Source of the DNA: Tubulanus polymorphus | Lineage: Eukaryota; Animalia; Nemertea | Direction: 5' to 3' | Length of the DNA: 64,000 nt | Assembly (NCBI RefSeq): GCF_964204645.1 | Contig: NC_134033.1 | Coordinates: forward strand, 6,658,231 to 6,722,230 | In this document: positions 37,441 to 48,725 of the stretch, one piece after another | Position numbering within the stretch: position 1 is the stretch's first letter | How the letters are laid out: every line of letters begins with the position of its first letter | Program-made: the position numbers and the translations under genes | Notes under the pieces: generated by a model | Database searches by the model: none | What the model was told of the DNA's origin: nothing | What the model saw: only the letters and a program-made list of their open reading frames with translations

Positions 37441-40400
37441 TATTAGGGTTTTCTGTTACATCACAGAAAACCCTATTGAGATTCGCGTGTTTCTTATTAT
37501 TATTAGGGTTTTCTGACTTTCGTCGAAAACCCTCTTGAAATTCTGTTGATTATTATCATTATATATTTTCCGCCGATTTCGTCAAATAAAATTCATCTTC
37601 ATTCACATTCGGCAACTGACAGCTTCGAAACGAAATGTATGAATTGATACTGTAATAACGGTCTCTCTGAACCATCAGATTGTCTTAATGTTCTTTCCAT
37701 CCTATTTGAAACTTAAAATTACTTATTAGGTTACTGTAAATAAAGAATTGAATTGAATTGTTAGACAACAAGCACCGGCGAAATAACAGTTTGTGACGTC
37801 ATTTAGTAAGTAAATAAAGGAGGGGTCCGAGAATTTCCAAATCACGGGGGACTATACTGGGGTTAGACCATTCAACCAAAAAGAGGATTGCTCCGATAAT
37901 ATCCAAATCATCTCATTTTATTTTTTCCATCGAATACCCGGTAATTAATTTTTCCATTCGATCACATGCATCCAGAAAACCCGTTATCGCTGCTTTGCAG
38001 CTATATTTATTATTGTTATTATTTTTTTCCACACTTTTTTTGTCAAAAGTACATAGGCATTTTTACATTACTGCTGTTGCCGATACAATCCGTCTGATAT
38101 CATTCAGCTCACTTCGATCTACAAATACTCCGTGCGCATTTTGAAGAATCAACGTTACAAAAGCACTGTCGGGTCGTAAACATCGAGAATTGAGCCCCGT
38201 TCAAAGAGCCGACATGTTTTTCTAAGTCGTCTTTCCGAAATCTACCGCACGTTTCTTGTCACGTCGATTATCAATTCAAGCATAAATTAACAAATTTATT
38301 ACCCAAAGATTGCACATTCAGCCGCGGTTTTTAAAAACTAATTTAAACAATAGCCCATTTTCCTCATCAAATCATATTATCGATACACAGGAAATTTACT
38401 ACTTTAGATTCTAAAAGCACTGTCGAGCCGTAAACATCGACTGATCGACGTGTGTCGCTACATCGTCGTTCCGGGGATCAGCTGCGAGTTTCTCCTCATG
38501 AGAATCAAATCGAGTACAAATTTATTTATTACTACCAGTGATTTGGCAATACCTTTAACCATACCTTTTTTCAATTAACCGTGTATTTACTAAGATAAAT
38601 CATTAGAGTACCGGGGAGTCGTAGGCCTAAACTAAACACGCCGAAGAGGTATAGCGGAGAAACGCTGTTATGTCGACGATGTATCAAAAGAAACAATATA
38701 TTACTTCATTCAGCCGCGGGCTTCAACCATTTATCAATACTCAATATTTTCTACAGTACATACCGATCTTTGTCAAATGCACAAGGTATTTACTAAATAC
38801 AAGTATATAACACACTCCTATCCGTATGCTGGACTCGCATTCACAGTATGATTGTTGCGTTTGTTAACGGACTCAATGGATTTAACTTCATAACAAAATT
38901 TACGATATTTAGGAGGGTTGTTATTCAATAGGCCTACGACCAATCCGTCCGGATGTTAGGCCTACGCATATACATAGGCCTACATAGGCTAGTAGCCTCA
39001 AATAGGTTAAAGCTCAGTTCACTGTAAAGGAGGAATCAGATTTATTAAAATGCATGTTAATTAGTGATTAACTAGGTGTGACTTGCAACGATCAATCACA
39101 ATTATCTATTTTATTGCCGAAAATGAAGATTTTTTGAAAATTTCGCCTGAGCAGACAGCTTTATAAGCCAGACTTTTCATTTGAGTTTTTTCATCATAAA
39201 TGAAACTGTTTTTTTAATATTAATTCCTAATAAGTTAAGCCGGGCATAGGTCGGCCTTGCGACGGCTTGTGACTCACTGCGACACCATTCACTGCGACCG
39301 CCAGCGACGATTGTGTCGCAATGACTCATCGCCCTACGCTCCCTTGCGACTACTTTCTGTGATGCGACGCGACACGACTGTCACAACCGACCTACGCACT
39401 CTTGCAACTGGCAGAAACTAGTCGCAGACAGTCGCTGACAATCATATCGCAACCGAAACTTGCGATGCAACGCGAGGGTCACATTGCGTCGCAAGGCCGA
39501 CCTACGTCTGGCTTTAGGTTACTGCGGAGCCCCAGAAATATCTTTTTTTCGTTCAAAAGGCCTTTCGTTTGAAAATTCTTTCGTCGGAACAAAATTTATT
39601 TCATTCAAACCAATAATATTCTGTTCGATTGAACCAATTTGAAAAAAATCGTCAGAACAAAGTTAAAGAAACTTTTTTTGTCCAAACGAAAGGTTTTTCG
39701 TTCGAACAATCGTTCGATCGAACAGAATCGTTTTAATTTGAACTGAATTTTCTTGTCAAAACATTAAGTGTTTCGTTCGAACAAGTATATTGTAAAAAGT
39801 TTTTTCTCTGAACCAAAAGTATTAGGTATTTCGTTCAATAGAACAGAATTGTTTTCATTCAAACATTCGTTCGAAAAAAATTGTTTTCGCTCAACCAAAT
39901 TTTTTTGCCGGGACAAAAAGTTTTTCATTTCAATAATAACATAGCTTTTTATTCGAACACATCTTTAGGCCACTTGGGACTTAAGTCCTAGCGGGCTATT
40001 GCGTTCTCTTTTCGTACGTCATCCGTCCGTCCGTTGTCGGAATCCAGTTATTTTGGGAAGTTTTGAAGACGCTTCAATGTAATGTCTTGATATTTGGGTT
40101 ACACATGTATCTACCCTAGACACATCTTCAGCCCACAAACTGGCCCTGTCAGAATCAAGATGGCCGACTGGCAGCCATTGATGTTTGCCAAAATCAGCAC
40201 TTTTTATACGTTTTTGAACTTTTTGAGGGAAATTTTGAAGACACTTTGATCAATTACCTTGATCTTTCGTATATATTTGAATCCCCCCGGGGCCCATGAG
40301 CATAACAAAAATTGGGTCGATTGAACTCAAGATGGCCGTCCTATGACCTTTTTAGTGCCCAAAAATGTCAATTTTGGCCCAAATTCTGAGTCCTGTAGCT

Positions 40401-43400
40401 TCCTACAGGTCTTCCATTTCTCATTGCAATTGCTGATGGGTATTCTTTGGAAAGGAATGTTTTATAGCTGAGATAGGCATTTTTGATCAACCAATTATGA
40501 CGCAATTGGCGGCCATCTTGGTGTCACCAGTACTCATTCGTAGGTGGGAATAAGTTTTTCGACATTGTTTTGATACCTAAGCATATTTTGTTACCGCAAT
40601 GAATTAGAAAGTTGTAGCTTATAAGGTGTTCTATGATTGTAGTGAGTTTCAAGGTCATTAGTTTTTGTATATGGCCACCAGAAGGCGTTGAATAATATAA
40701 TATCTTAGTATTTCTATATTATATTTGTACCAATGCATATTTTGTTACTACAATCAATTGCAAAGTTGTAGCTCATGACATCGCCTATGATTGTGGTCTG
40801 TTTTAAGGACATTAGTTATTCTATATGGTTACCAGGGGCATTGAATTGTAGAATAACTTAGTATTTCCTTATTATATTGGTGCCTAGGCATATTTTGTTA
40901 ACATGATCAATTGCAAAGTTGTAGTTCATCACATGTTCTATGAATGTGGCGAGTTTCAAGGTCATTGGGTCTGACTATGGTCACCAGGGGGCGTTGAATT
41001 GTAGAATAACTTAGTATTTCCATATTAAATTGTTAACGAGGCATATTTTGTTATCACCATCAATTACAAAATCGTAGCAAATGACGTGTTCTATGATTGT
41101 GGTGAGTTTCAAGGTCATTGGGTTTTGTATATGGTCACCAGAGGACGTTGAATATTGAAATTGTTAGATTGTTGAGCATTCGAAACCACTTCCCAAGTGG
41201 GCATGGTGTCTCTGGACCCCTAGTTTTGTCAGAATGAAGAAAAGTTTTGGTTCAAACAAAAAGCTTATTGTTCGATCAAACAGAATAGTTTTCATTCCCA
41301 CAAAATTTTCTTGTGGGAACATTAAAGTTTTTGGTCGAACGGCGTGTTAAGGTCGTTTCGTAAATTTACTCGGTGTGGTATATTTTTGATTACTGTGTAT
41401 GTCATTTGTCAGGACAATAAACAGAAGACGACTTAGGATACTACCTTGCGTGACTCCACTAGTTAGACCGACTAATTCCCAGATGAGGCGTTCCGTTGAT
41501 TTTGGCTACAAGTTTTCGTCAAAGATAACTGCTAAGCCCTTTGAGCGACCTATCATTGATAATGTTTCCTAATAGCTTGTTTAGTAATGGCTGATGTTGT
41601 GCCTTATCAAATGCTTTGTCGAAATCCACCGTTGAACTGGATTCTAAGACTGTGCAGAAAACCCGTTATCGCTGCTTTGCAGCTATATTTATTATTTTAT
41701 GTCACACTATTTTCACTAAAAGAACTAAGGCTTTGTTACCTTGCCGCTGTTGTCGATACAATCCGTATGATATCGTTCAGCTCACTGAGATCTACAAATA
41801 CTCCGCGTGTTTTTTCACGAATCATCGTTACAAAAGCACTGTCGGGCCGTTAACATCGAAAATTTAGCCCCATTCAATGGGGCGACATGTTTTTCGAGAC
41901 GTCATCCCGAAATCAACCCGCAGGCCGATTGCCACTTCGATTATCAATTCAAGTATAAATGAACTAATTTATTGCATCCTCGCTTGCCAGGGGTCCGGTA
42001 TCACTCCCGAACTCGCTTCCACCAGCCCCCTGGCCTCACGAAGCGTGATTTCATTACTGTCGCTGTTGCGCATGACGTCATATATCGATTTGCGAAATAC
42101 TTCCTTGTTCGGTAAAACGTTCGCTGATTGGTCAATTTAACGGGAAACCAACAGAAGTCTACTGACGGTTTGTTACAAGCGCTGTGATTGGTACGACCGG
42201 ATTCTGGTCGGCTAGTAACGACTCCAACGACTCGTGAGGTCAAGGGGTTCGGCGAACAGCTTTAGCGTAGTAGGTTCGAATCCCTTGACGGGTGAAGATG
42301 ATTTATTGCCGCAGACTTCACATTCAGCCGCGGTCTTCAAACAGTAATTTTAACAATAGCCCATTTTCTTCATCAAATCATATTACCGATACACTGGAAA
42401 TTTACTACTTTAGATTTTAAAAGCACTGTCGCACCGTAAACATTACTACCAGTGATTTGGCTGCGGGTTTCAAAGAGCTAGTTTAACAATACCTAATTTT
42501 CTTTACCAAATTAACCGTGTATTAACTAAGATAAATTTTTTGTGTACCGGGGAGTCGTAGGCCTAAACTAAACACGCCGAAGAGATATAGCGGAGAAAAG
42601 CTGTTGTGTCGACGAGGTATCAAAATAAAAGAATATATTACTTTATTCGGCCGCGGGCTTCAACCTCTATATCAATACCATCAATACTCTATATTTCCTA
42701 CAGTACATACCGATAATTGTCAAATGCACAAGGTATTTACTAAATACAAGTATATAACACACTCCTATCCGTATGCTGGACTCACACTTGACATTCGGAG
42801 TAAGCGTTCGCTGTGGGGGAAAGGATATCGTTCGCTGTGTCGCTTGAAGCGTTTATCGAGTTTTACGCCACCTTAAGGCTTTAGGCCTACCGGTACTGAC
42901 CTTTACTATCTCAAACAAACACAGTACATAATGCGTTTATTAACGGACTCATTGGATTGAACTTCAAAACAAAATTTACGATATTTAGGAGGGTTGTTAT
43001 TCAATAGGCCTACGACCAATCTGTCCGGATGTTAGGCCTACGCATAAACATAGGCCTACATAGGCTAGTAGCCTCTACTAGGTTAATGCTAAGTTCACTG
43101 AAAAGGAAGAATTAGATTTATTAAAATGCATGTTAATTAGTGATTAACTGGTTCTGACGTGCAACGATCAATCAAAATTATCAATTTTATTGCCAAAAAT
43201 GAAGATTTTTTTGAAAATTTCGTCTGCAGACAGCTTTATAAGCCAGACTTTTCCTTTGTGTTTTTTCATCATAAATTAAACTGGTATTTCATTAATTCCC
43301 AATGACTGGGCGAAGGTCGGCCTTGTGACGGCTTGTGACTCACTTCGACCGCCAGCGACTGTTGTGTCACAATGACTCATCGACCTACGCTCCCTTGCGA

Positions 43401-44332
43401 CGGGTTGCGACAGTCAGCAACGCCAGTCACAAGGAGTGGTACGTGTTCTACTTTCTGCGATGCTACACGACTGTCACAACCGACCTACGCGTCTCAAGGC
43501 CGACCTACGTCCGGCTTTAAGTTACTGCGGAGCCCCAGAAATATCTTTTTTCGTTCAAAAGACCTTTCGCTTGAAAAATTTTTTCGTTTGAACCAATAAT
43601 ATTCATTTCGATTGAACCAATTTGAAAAAAAATCGTTAGAATAAAGTTGAAGAAACTTTTTTTGTCCAAACGAAAGGTTTTTCGTTCGAACAATCGTTCG
43701 ATCGAACAGAATCATTTCAATTCGAACAGATTTTTCTTGCAGAACATTAAGTTTTTCGTTCGAACAAGTATATTGTAAAAAGTTTTTTCTCCGAACCAAA
43801 AGTATTAAGTATTTCGTTCAATCGAACATGATTGTTTTCATTCAAACATTCGTTCGAAAAAAATTGTTTTCGCTCAACCAAATTTTTTGCCTGATAAAAA
43901 GTTTTTCATTTCAACAATAACATAGCGTTTTATTCGAACACATATTTTTGTCAGAATGATGAAAAGTTTTGGTTCAAACAAAAAGCGTATTGTTCGATCA
44001 AACAGAATTGTTTTCATTCGAACAAGATTTTCTTTTCGGAACATTAATGGTCAAACAGTGTGTTAAGGTCGTTTTGAAAATTTACTCGGTCTGGTATATT
44101 TTAGATTACTGTGTATGTTATTTGTCGGGACATTAAACAGAAGACGACTTAGGATACCACCTTGCGTGACTCCACTGGTTAGACCAACTTATTCCAAGAT
44201 GATACTGTTTCCTAATAGCCTGTTTAGTAATGGCTGATGTTGTGCCTTATCAAATGCTTTGTCGAAATCTACCGTTGAACAGGATTCTAAGACTGTGCAG
44301 AAAACCCGTTATCGTTGCTCTGCAGCTATATT
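37441..44332 (+). mobile_element. Stack of HINE family-2 elements (two heads, three tails)
   Basis: Heads at 37445 and 37505; tails at ~37975-38007, ~41656-41690 and ~44297-44332. 38008-41690 and 41690-44332 are colinear tandem units. Confidence 0.8.
39964..41226 (+). mobile_element. HINE/DINE-1-like element, family 1, full length
   Basis: Subterminal IRs ccacttggga / tcccaagtgg, (CCGT)n microsatellite, about four ~153-bp internal tandem repeats, ending ...cccctagtttt. No TSD; the empty site catatttttgtcaga is at 43941-43955. Confidence 0.88.
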
Positions 44333-44577
44333 TTCCTTTTAATCCTTCATATTCTAAGTGAATAACTAATTTATCTCCATATCTATTAGTAATTGTTTCA
44401 ATATTTGTAATTAAATATTTCTTATGAATTGTTAATTCATTTAACTTTTTGAATTTAAAATCTACAGATTTTACATCTGTAGTATCTTTAATTCTATTTA
44501 AGAATTCACTGTGATTTGTTCACTCTCTATTTTAATAACAGATTTTTTAATTAAAATTGATTTTAGAAGTTATTCAT

Positions 44578-45740
44578 TAGGGTTTTCGGACTTTCGTCGA
44601 AAACCCTCTTGGAATTCTGTGGATTATTATTATTATTATTAATATTATTCCACTTTATTCGAACATAAAATGTATCTCGTCTCAGATCCGACAACTAATC
44701 AATAATACATGCTCTAATAAACGTTGAGGGAGATGAAGCGCTCTGAAAGCATTGGGTAGAATCCTTTGAAATGTTTGACGTACCTTAAAATCCGGCTTAA
44801 TAACTGAACCCAGCCTGATTTTGATACAGAGCTGGTATATGTAATATCCCATCACCTCTCCCGTCGGTTAGAATCCGTGGCGCATTGGAATAGCGTTGTC
44901 TTGTCAGGCGCAAGGTCGCGGGTTCGAGGATAGCCATATCAGTATTTTCTAAATTTTTTTTATAAAGGAAAAAACGGATATCTCCGTTTTTATAAGTTGA
45001 AAGTCATTTGATGCAATCATAATATTTCATTAATAACATAAATTAAAACCCAAAGCGTCTATAAGTCGTTAAAACCTCATATCAGTACGCTAAGAATATA
45101 GTTCCTTCTGTTTCCAATTGGTGGTCATCATCTTCCACGATATTTAACATCACGTCATAATTATTCTGTCTTCTTACTCCTTATATCTTCTTTCATCCTT
45201 TATTATCCCAACTAGAGTTTTTCGATCGTCAGAGTACCAACTACGCCAGCGATGCCGGATCTCCTCTCGCAATACTTCTTTGTATTCCTTCTCTCATTAA
45301 TAGTCTTAATCTAATTACATTTATACCATCGACCTTCCTTCTTTCATTACTACTTTTCAACTTTTTCAATAATCTTTATTTCCATCATTTAATATTTATA
45401 ATAGGTAATATATACCTAGACTGGTTACCGCTCTCTCCTCAGTCTAATATATACCTAGACTAATTGTCAGTCTCTATCAATACAATATAACTTTATTGAA
45501 CTCTTAATTACAAGTAAAGCCGCAATAAATGATCTACGTCGCTTAGGGTATTTGTTAGCATGTATACACTAAACTCATTTTCTTTGCGCTTATAAAAGAC
45601 CAGTGATTGCTCTGCGCTAAGGGTATTTGTTGGCATATCTCCAAAAGACGCATTTTCATATAACTGTTGCCTTCCGATTCGACCGTTGATGATTTGAAAT
45701 AATGTCAGAAAACCCGTTATCGCTGCTCTGCAGCTATATT
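44578..45740 (+). mobile_element. HINE family-2 element with a different interior
   Basis: Head agggttttcggactttcgtcgaaaaccctc plus (att)n; tail cagaaaacccgttatcgctgctctgcagctatatttt. Confidence 0.75.
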
Positions 45741-46559
45741 TTATATATGTTATTCATATATATTGAATTATTAGAGTAATTGTATATGTTGTTTCAGATT
45801 AAAGGTTTAGAGGGTGAGTTCATAAAAAATAAATTCTCGCACACTCGAATTTATTTTTTATTTTTTATGAGCTCGACCCTTTGGTATGGAACAACAATAT
45901 ACAATTACTTGAGTATATTAGACCTCTGAATTCCAAACGAAAACGTTTTAGAAATTAGAAAGTCGTGCTGTAAAAATGTCAAGAATGTCATATATCATCA
46001 TCTTCAACATTTCAGGGACATTTTTCGGGCTGTATGACATGAACTTGGAGACCGCGGGCAAAACCAACCGGTACCGACGCGGCGGTTCCAAAACAATTTT
46101 CTACAACTTTGAAAAAAGGATAATCTTCACTTCAAGGACATTTTTAACATTCACGGATCAGTGTGTTTTGACTCGGAATCGCGTCGAGGTCTAGCCCGAG
46201 GCTAAGGGGGTAAACTAATGAACTATACCACAACTGCTAGAAAATAAAATGCGGACGAGTCCGTGGACTCTAGATCCTCACACAACTGGCAGGCGAGGAG
46301 CTTGACACGAACATCACAAGCCACGTGCATTTGTTTACATCATACTGGTGTGTCCCTCTCTCGAACCTGGAGGAAACTATTTCGTAAATATAGTTCTAAA
46401 ATTAACTGGCTTTCTAGGCATTTCTGAACGATATATCTCCAAAAAATTAATCTTTTACAGCAGAAAATTGAAATTTATTATCGTATTCAACATGATTTAC
46501 GACTGTAAATCTGTTCGCAGTAATCCATCGAGCCTGCGCGGATTAACACAAACTACGAC

Positions 46560-46738
46560 TTTTTGACCTCTGACCTCTCGCGGGCAAACTAACCAATGAC
46601 AGCACGCGTAACAAACCGCTTCGGCAGAATAATGAATGGAGTCTTGTTTTTGAATGCGCGTGCGGCCGTACGAATTTACAGCCGATTTCGCCTAGGATTA
46701 CTCAAAATCTAACGCTCCCAATTCACGGATCGGTAAGT
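46560..46738 (+). promoter_or_regulatory. Probable promoter and non-coding first exon of SAP130
   Basis: CpG-rich unique sequence, CCAAT at ~46593 and a consensus donor G|GTAAGT at 46732/46733. The ATG-bearing exon at 53428 starts with an acceptor, so it needs an upstream exon. Confidence 0.4.
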
Positions 46739-47764
46739 ATTTGCAATCCCCGATATCTGGGGCAGACGTCGGTGGTTGTTCGGGCGTAATTGATCGAACC
46801 GTTTGCGAGAAATTGGCGTCGAACTGGGAAGCCACTCCGTGTGTGTAAGTAGTAGTATGTATCGCTCGGTTCGGTTTGCTTGCGTGTACGTATCCGTACG
46901 TAGCCGTCGTGTGTGATTTACGCGAAAAATCTGCTGAAAACTGATGTTTAGACACAGATCTTTAGACTTTGATGAAGCAATTGACGTTAAACGTTAGGCC
47001 TAAATCTTTCGAGGATCATAGTTAGGTTTTTTGCTAGTTTTTTGTTCGGTGTCTCTTCTTTCTATCTGGTGGTCGAATTTTTGGCCAAAAATTCGGTGGA
47101 ATGACTAGATTCGAGAATTTCGGGGCCCTGTGGATTTATATTAGTAGTCCCTGTCTTGTAGAAACTGTTGCCTCTCTGGTCTTCTAAACTGTAGGCCTAA
47201 ATGATATTGCAATTTTACCAGCTGAGAGCTTTGATAACCTTCCTCCCCTTCATAATGCATTTAATCGTCCATTTTGTAGATAAGTCCATTAAGCTGGAGG
47301 GGTGGTACTTAAACTTCCGATGACTAGAAAAAAAATCTGTATTTTTTCACGTTTCAATGAATTCGAAATGTTGTTGTTACGATGATATTCATATTATCCT
47401 CAAATTCTTTCAACGCATTTACAATTGACAACGCGCTCTGTCAAAACTTTAATGATGGAATCTTGTCATGTTTAGCTATTTAGTAATAACTATCCGGGTT
47501 TAAAAAATTACTGGGATAAAGCAAATATATTGTAGTCTTATTTGTTTTCCTAGGACATCGATATTTCTTTTAAAAATACAACGTGACTAGTGAGATTGTG
47601 CAGTCCATTTTTGTATCCATCTTACACATTGAAGGATTGCCTAAAAAAAGTCGGCTCAAGTCCACTATAGCATTAAATAGTTCCAGCAGAGACTTATCAC
47701 ATTGGACTGGTATTTGGAATTAATCCGCCAATATTGGACTGATTGAATGATCTTACGACATTAC

Positions 47765-48093
47765 GCCATAGGGACGTGTGAACATACCGACGAACCCACA
47801 AACCGGCATACCGACGAACCAACAAATCCGTGCGTGGATTACACTTATATAAAGCGGCTGGAGGGGCTGCGTGTTTGCGTGGATAACCCTTATATAAAGT
47901 GGCTTGGATCGAGGGGCTGGGTATATGCGTGGATTACCCGCCGATTGCCCTCATATAAAGTGGCTAGGATCGAGGGGCTGCGTGGTTGCGTGGATTACCC
48001 TTATACAATGTGGCTAGGATCGAGGGACAGGGTTTTTCCGTGGCTGGATCGAGGGACTACGAGTATGTCGGTTTGTCGATATGTCGGTTTGTC
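47765..48093. repeat. MITE-like element with ~40-bp internal tandem repeats
   Basis: cataccgac/acaaaccg motifs on the left are inverted to cggtttgt/gtcggt motifs on the right. Internal unit gcgtggattacccttatataaagtggctaggatcgaggggct. Confidence 0.55.
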
Positions 48094-48725
48094 TTGAAAA
48101 GTACGAAGCCGAATTACTCCTTTTCTAAAAATGTATCTTTGAGTGGGGAACTATTCCACGCTATACTGGACTTGAACCAAAAAGTCTTCTTTAGGACTAA
48201 CTCATTTTTGAATCAGAGACAAGAGGCTCCATTTTACGAACTAAATCAATTTTGACAATACGGTTCCGCGTTTACTTAGAATTATTTTCAAATCATCACA
48301 TATCATGGTTTGTAGGCATGGAAATGCAGGAGATATAGCCTATTGTTAGAATTTCAAAAATGGCTGATCGTATTTTAACGCGAGAAAATGAAGACCTTTT
48401 GCGTTGCTTCGATACATAAAATATGATGGATATTAAACCGATGGTTTATTTAGACTGCATAGTTTCACTGGTCGTATCAAGACCAAATTGATGTAAAAAA
48501 AATTGATGTCTAGACGAAAAATTGATACACTTTAGTCAATGTTATATTTTTCAGTCCTTTCTATTATTTTTATTACACCCACCATAAAACAATTACATTT
48601 TGTTGCACTCACTGTTTCGAGAAAATCTGAAAACAGCATTATCCTTAAATTTTCACTACCAGGAAAAACGCTTGACAGTTGTAAATTAAAAGTGAATTGT
48701 ATAAAAAGACGATTAGGTCTCTTGT

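Larger units (their letters stand above)
37302..44530 (-). pseudogene. Small Polinton-associated ORF split by a 6.9-kb HINE stack (pieces 44530-44331 and 37440-37302)
   Basis: The joined pieces read SEFLNRIKDTTDVKSVDFKFKKLNELTIHKKYLITNIETITNRYGDKLVIHLEYEGLKGK|YKFRTHFPDRFHRLSSEDLEELCSGDFYFIYKGKNEKG. The C-terminus is also present at 25150-25203 (+). Confidence 0.7.

Noticed and set aside
44872-44935. tRNA-like sequence (also ~3586-3620 and ~15357-15420)
   Set aside because: Only A/B-box remnants are present; no complete cloverleaf can be folded. Likely SINE-derived.
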